NCBI GenBank assembly: GCA_036511495.1
Contig: DATCCC010000027.1
Location: 58,174 to 122,173 of the forward strand
Length of the DNA stretch: 64,000 nt
Reading direction: 5' to 3'
DNA from: Acidimicrobiales bacterium
Lineage (GTDB): Bacteria > Actinomycetota > Acidimicrobiia > Acidimicrobiales > RAAP-2
Shown here: positions 28,215 through 37,306 of the stretch, piece by piece
How positions within the stretch are numbered: position 1 is the stretch's first letter
Layout: each line of letters opens with the position of its first letter
Position numbers and translations under genes: made by a program
Notes under the pieces: model-generated
What the model was told of the DNA's origin: nothing
Databases searched by the model: none
Seen by the model: only the letters and a program-made list of their open reading frames with translations

Positions 28215-29513
28215 CTAGCTCAGTTTGAGAACGTGGAGGAGGTAGTACATCGTCGGCAACGCGAACAACAGTCCGTCCATGCGGTCGAGCAGTCCCCCGT
28301 GGCCCGGCAAGAGTCGCCCGAGATCCTTGACGCCCAGCGTGCGCTTCACCATCGATTCAAAGAGGTCGCCCAGGGGTACCACAATCGACAGCGCCACGGC
28401 CGCTTCGAGGCCGTGAGTGAGTGTCCAGGGTGAGACGAACGGCAAGATAACCGCGCCCGCAATCAACGTGATGATCGTGCCACCGATGGTGCCTTCCAGT
28501 GTCTTACTCGGCGAGAGCACCCGGTTCAACGGCCGCCGGCCGATCCAGCGTCCAACAAAGAGTGCGCCCGCGTCGTTACAAATCGTCAGCGCCACCGCGC
28601 CAAAGAGGTACGCGATCCCGTGTCGGTTCGGGTACGTGTTCGGCGCGAGCATCAACACGCCGTAGGAACCAAGTACGCCCACCCACACGTAGACGAAGAT
28701 CGTGGCGCCAATGCCGTCGAGCACGTCGATCTTTCTCTGCGCACTCATGTACCAAATGAATCCGAAAATGACGAGCAGTACCGTCACCGCGCCAACGACA
28801 ACGAGTCCCTTGTTGTAGACCGCGACGCCGAGGGTAAGTACCGCAACGATGCCGAGAATCGTCGCCGGATGCGCGCCGAGGGCCCGAAATCCCGCGTACG
28901 CCTCGGCACTCGCGAAGGCCAGCGCCGCGAGCAGCAAAACGGTGACGGGTAACGGGCCCGCAATAAAGAAAGCGAACACGACGACGGCGAGTAACACGCC
29001 CGTACCGGTCGCGCGCGAGACGCTGCTCGAAGTGCTCTGGCGGACGGCGCGTCCGGCCAGTGGATTCGTGGAGACGCGGTGGCGCGTGTGTTGAGCAGCG
29101 GCGACTGGAGCGGGGCGGGGCGCCTCGATCGTCGTCTCTTCGACGACTTCACTTTCGGGCAGGACGAACTCCCAGGGACGAGCGTCGTCGGTCTTTTCCT
29201 CGCCAGCCAGAATCGACGCGTCGAACTGATCTTCGTGAGCGACCCAATCGGCTTCACCCTCGCGCCACGCCGGAGCGGGAATCGCCGACCAGGGATCGTC
29301 GTTGTGCGCGGCTTCGCGAGCAACGACAATGGGCACCTGGCCCGTGGGCGCGTCCGTCCAATGAGGCAGGAACGTGGTCGGATCAACTTCGGGTGCGTCG
29401 TCGACGAACTCCGAAGCAATCTCGGCGCCGGTAATCGTGACGCGCGAGTCGTTCGTGCTCGCTACCGGAAACTCGCCGGTGGGTTCGTCGTCGTAGGTTC
29501 CGTCATCAGACAT
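28215..29513 (-). CDS. cdsA: Phosphatidate cytidylyltransferase with long acidic N-terminal extension
   Basis: SPSKTLEG and GDLFESMVKRTLGVKDLGRLLPGHGGLLDRMD signature; start ATG 29513 overlaps the frr end. Confidence 0.9.
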   Translation of the reverse strand: MSDDGTYDDEPTGEFPVASTNDSRVTITGAEIASEFVDDAPEVDPTTFLPHWTDAPTGQVPIVVAREAAHNDDPWSAIPAPAWREGEADWVAHEDQFDASILAGEEKTDDARPWEFVLPESEVVEETTIEAPRPAPVAAAQHTRHRVSTNPLAGRAVRQSTSSSVSRATGTGVLLAVVVFAFFIAGPLPVTVLLLAALAFASAEAYAGFRALGAHPATILGIVAVLTLGVAVYNKGLVVVGAVTVLLVIFGFIWYMSAQRKIDVLDGIGATIFVYVWVGVLGSYGVLMLAPNTYPNRHGIAYLFGAVALTICNDAGALFVGRWIGRRPLNRVLSPSKTLEGTIGGTIITLIAGAVILPFVSPWTLTHGLEAAVALSIVVPLGDLFESMVKRTLGVKDLGRLLPGHGGLLDRMDGLLFALPTMYYLLHVLKLS

Positions 29514-30075
29514 CAAGAAGCTCCTGCTCCTTGTGCGCGAGCAGCGCGTCAACGACGGCCACTTCGTCTTGGGTCATCTTGTCGAGCACCTTTTCGAGAC
29601 GCTCGATCTCGTCGCTCGAAAGACCCTCCTCTTTTTCCAATGCCTCGAGCTCTTGGCGAGCATGGCGACGAACTCCGCGCAGCGCCACCCGGCCATCTTC
29701 GGCCTTGGCTTTGACCATTTTCACGAAGGCCTTGCGGCGCTCTTCGGTCAGCGTGGGAAAGGCCAAGCGGATCACCTGGCCGTCGTTGGACGGGGTCAGG
29801 CCCAAGTCGGCGTTGCCAATGGCCTTTTCGATAGCGGCGATGGAGCCCTTGTCGAAGGGAGAGACGACCAGCAACCGCGGCTCGGGCACCGAAAAATTAG
29901 CGAGCTGCTTCAGTGACGTCTCGGTACCGTAGTAGTCAACGATCAGCCCCTCAACGAGCGAGGAAGACGCCCGACCGGTTCGCACCGCACCGAATTCGTT
30001 CTTCACGTGCTCAATGGCCCGCACCATGCGATCGCGCGTGTCTTCCATGACGAGATCGACGAGTTCGTTTTCCAT
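29506..30075 (-). CDS. frr: Ribosome recycling factor
   Basis: VRTGRAS; PSNDGQVIRL; LTEERRK. Confidence 0.96.
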   Translation of the reverse strand: MENELVDLVMEDTRDRMVRAIEHVKNEFGAVRTGRASSSLVEGLIVDYYGTETSLKQLANFSVPEPRLLVVSPFDKGSIAAIEKAIGNADLGLTPSNDGQVIRLAFPTLTEERRKAFVKMVKAKAEDGRVALRGVRRHARQELEALEKEEGLSSDEIERLEKVLDKMTQDEVAVVDALLAHKEQELLDV

Positions 30076-30785
30076 TACTTCACCAGCGTACCGACGGGGC
30101 GACCGTCGAGGGCGCGGCCCAAATTACCCGCTGCCATCAGGTCAAAGACTCGAAGGGGCAAGTGGTTGTCCTTGCAGAACGTGATCGCGGTCATGTCCAT
30201 AACGCGCAGATTGCGCGCGATCACTTCGTCGAAGGAAATTTCATCGAACTTAACGGCCTCGGGGTTAACGCGCGGATCCTCGGAGTAGACGCCGTCCACT
30301 CCACCGTGGGTGCCCTTTAGAACAATTTCGGCTTCGACTTCGGCGGCACGCTGGGCGGCGGGAGTGTCGGTAGTGAAGTAGGGATTGCCCATACCGGCCG
30401 CGAAGATGACGACGCGACCCTTTTCGAGGTGGCGAACGGCGCGACGACGAATGTAGGGCTCGGCGACCTGGTCCATGTTGATCGCGGACATCACGCGAGT
30501 CGGACGGCCGTGGTTTTCGATGGCGTCTTGAAGAGCGAGGGCGTTTATTACGGTGCCGAGCATGCCCATGAGGTCAGAGTTCGCGCGATTCATTCCAGCG
30601 AGTTCACCCGTCGCCCCGCGCCAGATATTGCCCCCACCCACGACGACCGCAAGTTCAAGGCCGCCACGCTCCATCGCCGCCGCGATCTCGCGGGCGAGAA
30701 AATCAACCGTGGAAGCGTCAATGGTTTCGTCGCTCGCGGCAGAAGCCAGTGCCTCACCCGACAGTTTTAAAACCACTCGACGCAC
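30075..30785 (-). CDS. pyrH: UMP kinase
   Basis: LKLSGEAL; GGGNIWRG; GNPYFTTDT. Confidence 0.96.
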   Translation of the reverse strand: MRRVVLKLSGEALASAASDETIDASTVDFLAREIAAAMERGGLELAVVVGGGNIWRGATGELAGMNRANSDLMGMLGTVINALALQDAIENHGRPTRVMSAINMDQVAEPYIRRRAVRHLEKGRVVIFAAGMGNPYFTTDTPAAQRAAEVEAEIVLKGTHGGVDGVYSEDPRVNPEAVKFDEISFDEVIARNLRVMDMTAITFCKDNHLPLRVFDLMAAGNLGRALDGRPVGTLVK

Positions 30786-30794
30786 GACGATGTC

Positions 30795-31586
30795 CTATCC
30801 CCCGATAACTACTTGAGCGTAGGCGCTAACGGTCGCGCCGTTCAAAAACTTCTCGACGGACTCCTTTTCGTCTTTGACGTAGGGCTGTTCTAAGAGGACG
30901 CGCTCCTTGAACCAACCGTTCAGCCGTCCTTCGATGATCTTGGGTAACGCCGCTGCGGGCTTACCTTCGTTCAACGTGATCTCTTCGACGGTCTTGCGCT
31001 CGGCGTCGACTTCACTGGCAGGAACGTCCTCGCGCTTTAGGTAGATCGGCTTGGCGAAGGCGATGTGCACCGCAATCTCGTGCGCCACTTCTTCGCTGGC
31101 GCCCTTTAGAACCACGGCGACCGCGTTCACGCCGCGTCCACTCTGGTGATGGATGTAGGTGTCCACGACTTCGTCGGGACCGGCCTCGAGCCGGTAGACG
31201 CGGCCAATGGAAATGTTCTCTTTCAATGTGGTGAGCATTACTTCGATGTTCTCTTGGAACTGCGCGACGGCACCTTCCCCATCAACGCACACGCGCGCAG
31301 CGATCTCGTCGGCGAGCGACACGAACTCATCTGACTTCGCGACGAAGTCGGTCTCACAGCGCAGTTCCACAATGGCGGCAACGGATCCGTCACGCACGAC
31401 CGCGACGGCACCTTCGCCGGCTTCGCGCTCGGCGCGCTTCGCGGCCGAGGCGAGTCCTTGCACACGCAGCCACTGGGTGGCGGCGTCCATGTCACCATTA
31501 TTCGCCTCCAGGGCCTTCTTGGCGTCCATCATGCCCACACCCGTGGACTGGCGCAGGACTTGTACGTCTTTGGCGGTGATAGTCAC
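30795..31586 (-). CDS. tsf: Elongation factor Ts
   Basis: LRQSTGVGMMDAKKAL; ELRCETDFVAK. Confidence 0.96.
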   Translation of the reverse strand: MTITAKDVQVLRQSTGVGMMDAKKALEANNGDMDAATQWLRVQGLASAAKRAEREAGEGAVAVVRDGSVAAIVELRCETDFVAKSDEFVSLADEIAARVCVDGEGAVAQFQENIEVMLTTLKENISIGRVYRLEAGPDEVVDTYIHHQSGRGVNAVAVVLKGASEEVAHEIAVHIAFAKPIYLKREDVPASEVDAERKTVEEITLNEGKPAAALPKIIEGRLNGWFKERVLLEQPYVKDEKESVEKFLNGATVSAYAQVVIGG

Positions 31587-31617
31587 CTTGGTTCTCCTCT
31601 TTGAATCTTGGGATGAA

Positions 31618-32346
31618 TTAAGCGGTGGCGGTAACGCTCACCGTAACGGCGGGGCGATTCTGACGTATGAAGCGACCTTCGGTCACCGCGTCGGCGATCA
31701 AGCGACAGAGCAACGCGCCGGCACGAATGGCGTCGTCGTTGCCGGGAATTACGTAGTCAATGACGTCGGGGTCACAGTTAGTGTCGACGACCGCCACGAC
31801 GGGCAGGCCCAGTTTGCGCGCTTCGGTGACCGCGATGTGTTCCTTCTTCGTATCGATTACGAAAATGGCGTCGGGCACGCGGTCGAGGTTCGCGATGCCG
31901 CTCAAGTTGCGATCAAGCTTTTCGAGTTCACGACTGTGGCGCAGCGCTTCGCGCTTGGGCATATTGCCAAAGTCGCCAGCGCGCTCCATGGCCCTCAGTT
32001 CGATCAAACGCTTCACGCGACCAGCGACCGTCGTGAAGTTGGTCAACATTCCGCCCAGCCAGCGCTGATTGACGAAGGGCATGCCGCAGGCCTTGGCGTA
32101 GTCCTCAATGGGACCCTGGGTCTGCTTCTTCGTACCGACGAAGAGAATCACGCCGCCCTCAGCGACGAGGTCGCGCACGTAGGCGTAACTAAGTTCAATG
32201 CCCGCGAGGGTCTTGCGAAGATCGATGAGGTAGATGCCATTGCGCTCGCCAAGGATGAAACGACGCATCTTGGGGTTCCAACGACGGGTCTGGTGCCCGA
32301 AGTGCACGCCAGAGTCCAACAGTTCCTGCAATGTGACGAGTGCCAC
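31618..32346 (-). CDS. rpsB: 30S ribosomal protein S2
   Basis: [15 protein letters not shown]; [10 protein letters not shown]; PGNDDAIR. Confidence 0.97.
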   Translation of the reverse strand: MALVTLQELLDSGVHFGHQTRRWNPKMRRFILGERNGIYLIDLRKTLAGIELSYAYVRDLVAEGGVILFVGTKKQTQGPIEDYAKACGMPFVNQRWLGGMLTNFTTVAGRVKRLIELRAMERAGDFGNMPKREALRHSRELEKLDRNLSGIANLDRVPDAIFVIDTKKEHIAVTEARKLGLPVVAVVDTNCDPDVIDYVIPGNDDAIRAGALLCRLIADAVTEGRFIRQNRPAVTVSVTATA

Positions 32347-32464
32347 GATCTAGTTTCCTTTCGTATGGTTGCTTCAACCCCGTGGAGCACCAACTTCGGC
32401 GACCGTACGAAACCACGAGGACAACTCACTTGCCCGCCCACTCTGGGAGAGCCCAACCATGTTA
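32347..32464 (-). promoter_or_regulatory. rpsB promoter and structured leader (candidate S2-responsive element)
   Basis: TAACAT -10 at 32459-32464; UUCGUACGGU (32402-32411) pairs with ACCAUACGAA (32360-32369) next to the SD; internal GGGGU. Confidence 0.55.
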
Positions 32465-32478
32465 ACCGCTGGGACCAG

Positions 32479-33387
32479 CTAGCCCCGCGGGTGGGTTTGG
32501 CGATGAACCTTTTGCAGGCGCGACTTCGAGACGTGGGTGTAAATCTGCGTCGTGGTGAGACTTTCGTGTCCCAAGAGTTCTTGCACCACTCGAAGATCGG
32601 CGCCACCCTCCACGAGGTGGGTCGCGTAGGTGTGGCGAAGTGCGTGGGGGTGGACGTGACCGCGCGCGACTCGATGATCGAGAATGCGTCGCACGTCGCG
32701 TGGTCCTAAACGATTAGCTCGACGATTGAGAAAGAGGGCTTCTCGAGGCGAGCTCGTGCGCAGTACGTCCTCGCGCGCGTCGCCAATCCAGAGACGAAGC
32801 GCTTCCATACCCCGCCGGTGAAGAGGCACCATACGTTCTTTTCGACCCTTACCCATGACGCGCAACAAGCCTTGAGTGAAATCAACGCTCGCCACGTCGA
32901 GGTCACAGAGTTCTGACACGCGCAACCCCGCGCCGTAAAGGACTTCACAGACCGCGCGATCGAGCGTGGCCCACTCATCTTCGCCCCAGTCATCGTCTAA
33001 AAGATTGTCGAGCTGCTCGCGCACGACGATTTTGGGCAAGTGCTGGGCCGGCCGTGGCGCGAGGAGGCGGGCGGCCGGTGACGAGGTGAGGTGACCGCGC
33101 TCGACGAGCCACGAGAAGTAGCTACGCAGCGAGGCACGGCGGCGGCTAATCGAGGTTCGTTCATCGCCGCGATTGGTCATAAACACCAAATAATCGCGTA
33201 AATCCTTCTTCGTAACCTCGATCGGCGAGCGCGTTCCGCGCTCCATGGACCATCGCACGTACGCCCGGGCGTCCGAGTTGTAGGCCCGCTGGGTCGCCAC
33301 CGAGCGATCGGCCGCGCGCAAGGTATCGGCGTAGTTCCCCAAGTACCACGCGGACGTGGCTCGCTCGCTTTTATCAACGGCCAACAT
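32479..33387 (-). CDS. xerC: Tyrosine recombinase XerC-like
   Basis: GAGLRVSEL, GKGRKER, HPHALRHTYATH and LLGH..LTTTQIYTH; conserved position next to rpsB in actinobacteria. Confidence 0.88.
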   Translation of the reverse strand: MLAVDKSERATSAWYLGNYADTLRAADRSVATQRAYNSDARAYVRWSMERGTRSPIEVTKKDLRDYLVFMTNRGDERTSISRRRASLRSYFSWLVERGHLTSSPAARLLAPRPAQHLPKIVVREQLDNLLDDDWGEDEWATLDRAVCEVLYGAGLRVSELCDLDVASVDFTQGLLRVMGKGRKERMVPLHRRGMEALRLWIGDAREDVLRTSSPREALFLNRRANRLGPRDVRRILDHRVARGHVHPHALRHTYATHLVEGGADLRVVQELLGHESLTTTQIYTHVSKSRLQKVHRQTHPRG

Positions 33388-33460
33388 GAATTAAGGCTAG
33401 TGACACCGGGACCCACCGTCGCGGCTTACTAGTCTTAGCGATGATTCCAAAGGAGCTGGT

Positions 33461-34135
33461 GTGCCCCGTATCTTGATTGTTGAAGACGACGACCACATTC
33501 GCACAGCACTCCGTCTCATGTTTGAGGGCGAGGGCTTTAGTGTTGACGACGCCCCGACGGGCGAACTCGGGGTTGCCCTGTTCGCTCGTATGGCCTCGGA
33601 CGTCGCGATTGTCGACGTCATGCTGCCCGGCATGACGGGCTTTCAGACCTGCCAGGCGCTGCGATCGGCGAGCGATTTACCGATCGTGATTGTCTCGGCG
33701 CGCGACGAGACCGTCGACGTCGTACTCGGACTGGAATCCGGCGCGGACGACTACGTCACGAAACCCTTCGTGCCAGAAGAACTCTTGGCGCGCGTACGCG
33801 CGCACCTTCGCCGCCGCCCCGACAAGAGCGCCAACGCCTTTCAGATGGGCGAGCTACGAGTCATTCCCGACGAAGGTGTCGTTCGCTACCGCGACGGATC
33901 CGAACTCCACCTCACCTCCACGGAATTTCGACTCCTCACGGACTTAGCGTCAGTGAATGGACGAGTGCTCTCACGCGAAGACTTGCTCGAGCGCGTCTGG
34001 GGCTACGACTACTTTGGTGACAGCCGTCTCGTGGACGTGCACATTCGACGACTGCGCATGAAGATCGAACCCGATCCCGCCAGTCCTACCTACCTCGTCA
34101 CGGTTCGAGGAACTGGCTACAAGTTGGTTCTCTAA
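33461..34135 (+). CDS. OmpR-family response regulator (MtrA/AfsQ1-like)
   Basis: EDD...DVMLP receiver domain; GADDYVTKPF; VWGYDYFGDSRLVDVHIRRLR winged helix. Confidence 0.92.
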   Translation: MPRILIVEDDDHIRTALRLMFEGEGFSVDDAPTGELGVALFARMASDVAIVDVMLPGMTGFQTCQALRSASDLPIVIVSARDETVDVVLGLESGADDYVTKPFVPEELLARVRAHLRRRPDKSANAFQMGELRVIPDEGVVRYRDGSELHLTSTEFRLLTDLASVNGRVLSREDLLERVWGYDYFGDSRLVDVHIRRLRMKIEPDPASPTYLVTVRGTGYKLVL

Positions 34136-35526
34136 TGCGTCAACGGAGTCTTCGACTTCGTCTCCTGATCACTTTTGGACTCGGCGCGTTAATTGTGAGC
34201 GGCCTGGCCGCGACGCTCACCTACGCTGGCGTACACCGCGTGCTGGTGAACGATCAGCGCCAAACCGACTTACGCCAGGCGTACGTCAACGCCGCACTCG
34301 TACGCAGCACCCTCTACACCTCACCAACCCAGTTGGCCAATGAACTGAACGCCATTCAACGAGCCACCCATTCGAACGTGCTCGTCCAGACTCATCACCA
34401 GTGGCTCTCCAAGAGCACCGGCGCGGCGACCCAGGACGTATCGCGCAAGATCGTAAGGAAAGTTCTCGCGGGCGATCCCACCGAACAGATTCGCAACGTC
34501 AACGGCCAACTGATCTTCGTCGTGGGCGTGCCAATTCCCGCGGTTGAGACGCAGTTCTTTGAGGTCTTCAAGCTCAACTCCCTCGAAAACACGCTGCGCA
34601 CCTTGCTCCTGGTGCTCGGCTTTGGCGCCCTCGTCACCTTTCTCCTTGGTATTGCGGGGGGCCTTTGGGTCACTCGGCGCACGGTTCGGCCCCTCGAGCG
34701 GGTCTCGTTAGCCGCCGCGGCAATAGCCGAGGGGAACCTTTCGACTCGACTCCAAGTCACCCGAGCCGACCGCGAGGTCCAACAACTCACGGAGTCCTTT
34801 AATGAGATGGTCAGTCAACTGGTCGAGCGACTCGAGCGCGACGCGCGATTCGCCAGTGACGTCAGCCACGAGCTTCGCTCTCCTCTCACCACTCTCGCCA
34901 CCACCGCGACCGTCTTGCAACAGCATCGCGACGAACTCTCACCCGCGGGCCAAGCGAGTTTGGACCTCTTGGTAGCGGATCTTTCGATCTTCCAGTCTCT
35001 GGTACGAGACCTCCTAGAGATGGCCCGCACCGACGCCGGTGCCGTTCCCCTCGTCATCGAAACAGTCGCGGGCGTCGAGTTAGTGCGCCAATCGGTTCGT
35101 TCAGCCGCTCGACGCCAGGGCATACACGAGCCTCCCGTTGAGGTTGAGGCGTCAGTTGGCGATCCCCTGGTCTCGGTCGATCGTCGCCGATTCGAGCGCG
35201 CCATCACCAACTTGATTGACAACGCCCATTACTACGCCGGCGGCGCGACGTTCGTACGACTGAACGTCGACGGTAGTCAGTTCGCCGTCAACGTCGACGA
35301 CGCCGGCACCGGTGTCGCGCTCGAAGAACGCGACGCGGTCTTTGAGAGGTTCTTTCGAGGCCGCGCCGCCCACGACCGCGGATTGGCCAGGGGCACGGGA
35401 CTCGGCCTCGCGCTCGTGCGCGACCACGTGCGCGCGATCGGCGGCTCAATCCAAGTCCTCGAGAGTCCCGAGGGGGGGGCCCGCTTTCAGATTCTCTTAC
35501 CCATCACCGCTGAGGAGGCCCCATGA
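34135..35526 (+). CDS. HAMP-domain sensor histidine kinase
   Basis: Two TM segments, HAMP domain, DVSHELRSPL H-box, NLIDNA and GTGLGL. Confidence 0.92.
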   Translation: MRQRSLRLRLLITFGLGALIVSGLAATLTYAGVHRVLVNDQRQTDLRQAYVNAALVRSTLYTSPTQLANELNAIQRATHSNVLVQTHHQWLSKSTGAATQDVSRKIVRKVLAGDPTEQIRNVNGQLIFVVGVPIPAVETQFFEVFKLNSLENTLRTLLLVLGFGALVTFLLGIAGGLWVTRRTVRPLERVSLAAAAIAEGNLSTRLQVTRADREVQQLTESFNEMVSQLVERLERDARFASDVSHELRSPLTTLATTATVLQQHRDELSPAGQASLDLLVADLSIFQSLVRDLLEMARTDAGAVPLVIETVAGVELVRQSVRSAARRQGIHEPPVEVEASVGDPLVSVDRRRFERAITNLIDNAHYYAGGATFVRLNVDGSQFAVNVDDAGTGVALEERDAVFERFFRGRAAHDRGLARGTGLGLALVRDHVRAIGGSIQVLESPEGGARFQILLPITAEEAP

Positions 35527-36101
35527 AGAGCCTTCGCCTCGTGCTCTTGCTCGCCCTCGGGGCCGTCCTTCTCTCGAGCTGCACACTCGTCTCGCCCAAC
35601 GCCGCTCCGGTACACGTCCCTCGGTCGAACGTGCCTCTTGGACTGCTCAATAAGACCATTCCCGGCACGAACCAAGCCCGGGTTCGCTTCGCCCACCAGC
35701 CGGTCTACATCGTCGACGCCACCGGACGCCTCGCCCCCTCGAGCCGTATCGTCCCCTCACCACCGACGTTGAAGTCGGTCCTCCAGCAGCTTCTGCTTGG
35801 TCCGTCCAAGATTGAAGCCTCGGCCGGGTACACCTCAGCCCTGCCCACCACTCTGAACCTGGACTCGGCCACCGTTCGCAACGGCGTTGGCTATATCAAT
35901 TTGGCGACCCCGCTGGACACGTTGTCAGTCTCCCAACAGCTCCTCGCGGTCGGCCAGCTGGTCCTGACGGCCGACGAGGCGGGCGCGACCAAGGGCATCG
36001 TCGTGCAAGTGCTGGGCGTCGTGCAACAACTCCTCACGCCCAACGGCCGACGCCTCACGCTGGTGTCGACAAAGAACTTTCAGTCGTTGCTGAACGGTTA
36101 G
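35523..36101 (+). CDS. Lipoprotein with GerMN-like domain (LpqB/AfsQ3-like accessory protein)
   Basis: Lipobox LLSSC; LQQLLLGPS..E...GYTSALP and QLVLTA fit GerMN; third gene of the two-component operon. Confidence 0.75.
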   Translation: MKSLRLVLLLALGAVLLSSCTLVSPNAAPVHVPRSNVPLGLLNKTIPGTNQARVRFAHQPVYIVDATGRLAPSSRIVPSPPTLKSVLQQLLLGPSKIEASAGYTSALPTTLNLDSATVRNGVGYINLATPLDTLSVSQQLLAVGQLVLTADEAGATKGIVVQVLGVVQQLLTPNGRRLTLVSTKNFQSLLNG

Positions 36102-36487
36102 TGAGTGGGCAGTGGCCGCAACGCTGGCGCACTGTTCCAGAGGTGCTCTAAGTCGTAGTAGTCGCGCGTGGACTCGTCAAAGACGTGCACGATGACGTCG
36201 CCGTAGTCGAGCGCGACCCATTCGCCTTGGACGAGTCCTTCGACGCTGATGGGCTTTACGTCAAGAGCCAGTTCGATCAGACGTTCAATCTCTTCAGCGA
36301 TGGCGCGCACTTGACGGTCGTTGCGACCAGAGGTCACGACGAGAGCGTCGAAGGCGTCGATGAGATCGCGCAGGTCGAGCACGACGGTGTCGAGAGCAAT
36401 CTTCTCCTCGGCCGCGACGATGGCTGCGTTGACGAGGGTGGAGACGTAAGCGGAGTAAGGGCCGCGAGCGAACTCGCTGCTAGTCAC
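36098..36487 (-). CDS. rsfS: Ribosome silencing factor
   Basis: RQVRAIAEEI; WVALDYGDVIVHVF...RDYYDLEHLW. Confidence 0.94.
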   Translation of the reverse strand: MTSSEFARGPYSAYVSTLVNAAIVAAEEKIALDTVVLDLRDLIDAFDALVVTSGRNDRQVRAIAEEIERLIELALDVKPISVEGLVQGEWVALDYGDVIVHVFDESTRDYYDLEHLWNSAPALRPLPTH

Positions 36488-36495
36488 GATCTCAC

Positions 36496-36672
36496 TCAGC
36501 GGGAAACTCCGAGCAGGACCAGAGCGCCAAAGAACGGAACGGCGAGGAGCAGGAGGCCGAGGAGCGCGTAACGCTGCTTCGATCGTCGTAGATCCTGGCG
36601 TCGCGGCGCCGCGTCGACAACCTCCAGTCGTGAAGACTGCGGTTCGGTCAGGTCAAAAACACGAACTGCCAT
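36496..36672 (-). CDS. Small hypothetical protein (58 aa) with C-terminal TM helix
   Basis: Fills the nadD-rsfS gap. MAVRVFDL...RRSKQR then YALLGLLLLAVPFFGALVLLGV; TAGGGT lies 7 nt upstream of the ATG. Confidence 0.6.
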   Translation of the reverse strand: MAVRVFDLTEPQSSRLEVVDAAPRRQDLRRSKQRYALLGLLLLAVPFFGALVLLGVSR

Positions 36673-36682
36673 TACGCCAACC

Positions 36683-37252
36683 CTAGCCCGGAGCCCCCTC
36701 AAAGAGCGGAATAACGGCGGCAGGGATGAGTTTTCTGAGGTTTTCCGCGCTCGGTATCAGGGCGCGGATGTAGCGACTGGAGAGGTCCACCGGACTCATT
36801 GGAATCTCGTAACAGCGCCATCCATAGGGTTCCAAGGTGACCGATCCGGGCCGAGGGACGATGCCGACTTCAACTAATTCGCGCAGTACTTCGGCGTCGT
36901 GCCACCCTTCGAGCTGCATCGCCAAGTCCGCACCGACGATGAGATCAATGGCGTCGGCGACGGCGAAGAGCTCGCGAACAGTGTCGATTGTGTACGAAGG
37001 ACCCTGGCGGCGAATCTCGAGATCCGAAACGTGCACGAGGGGCAGATCATCAAAGGCCGCGTGCGCCATGGCGAGGCGAAGCGACGCCGGGCGCACGAGC
37101 GACGCGGTGCTCTTTTGGTAGGGATCACCAGCCACGGTCACTTCGAGCCGGTCGAAACGACCACTCAGCGCGGCGGCTTCGAGCGCGGCGACGTGGCCAA
37201 AGTGTGGCGGATCAAAGGTCCCACCAAAGAGACCGAGGCGCCGTACTTTCAC
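36683..37252 (-). CDS. nadD: Nicotinate-nucleotide adenylyltransferase
   Basis: GLFGGTFDPPHFGH; GPSYTIDT; IVGAD. Confidence 0.93.
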   Translation of the reverse strand: MKVRRLGLFGGTFDPPHFGHVAALEAAALSGRFDRLEVTVAGDPYQKSTASLVRPASLRLAMAHAAFDDLPLVHVSDLEIRRQGPSYTIDTVRELFAVADAIDLIVGADLAMQLEGWHDAEVLRELVEVGIVPRPGSVTLEPYGWRCYEIPMSPVDLSSRYIRALIPSAENLRKLIPAAVIPLFEGAPG

Positions 37253-37306
37253 CGCCCAAGACTAACGGGATTGACCATTTGGTTTCCGACCCCCTACGCT
37301 TACTAG

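Noticed and set aside
31207-32709. 500-aa plus-strand ORF
   Set aside because: Antisense shadow of tsf, rpsB and xerC, expected from high-GC codon bias.
32479-33387. Tyrosine recombinase as a mobile-element integrase
   Set aside because: Size, motifs and position beside rpsB fit housekeeping XerC; no att sites or cargo genes.
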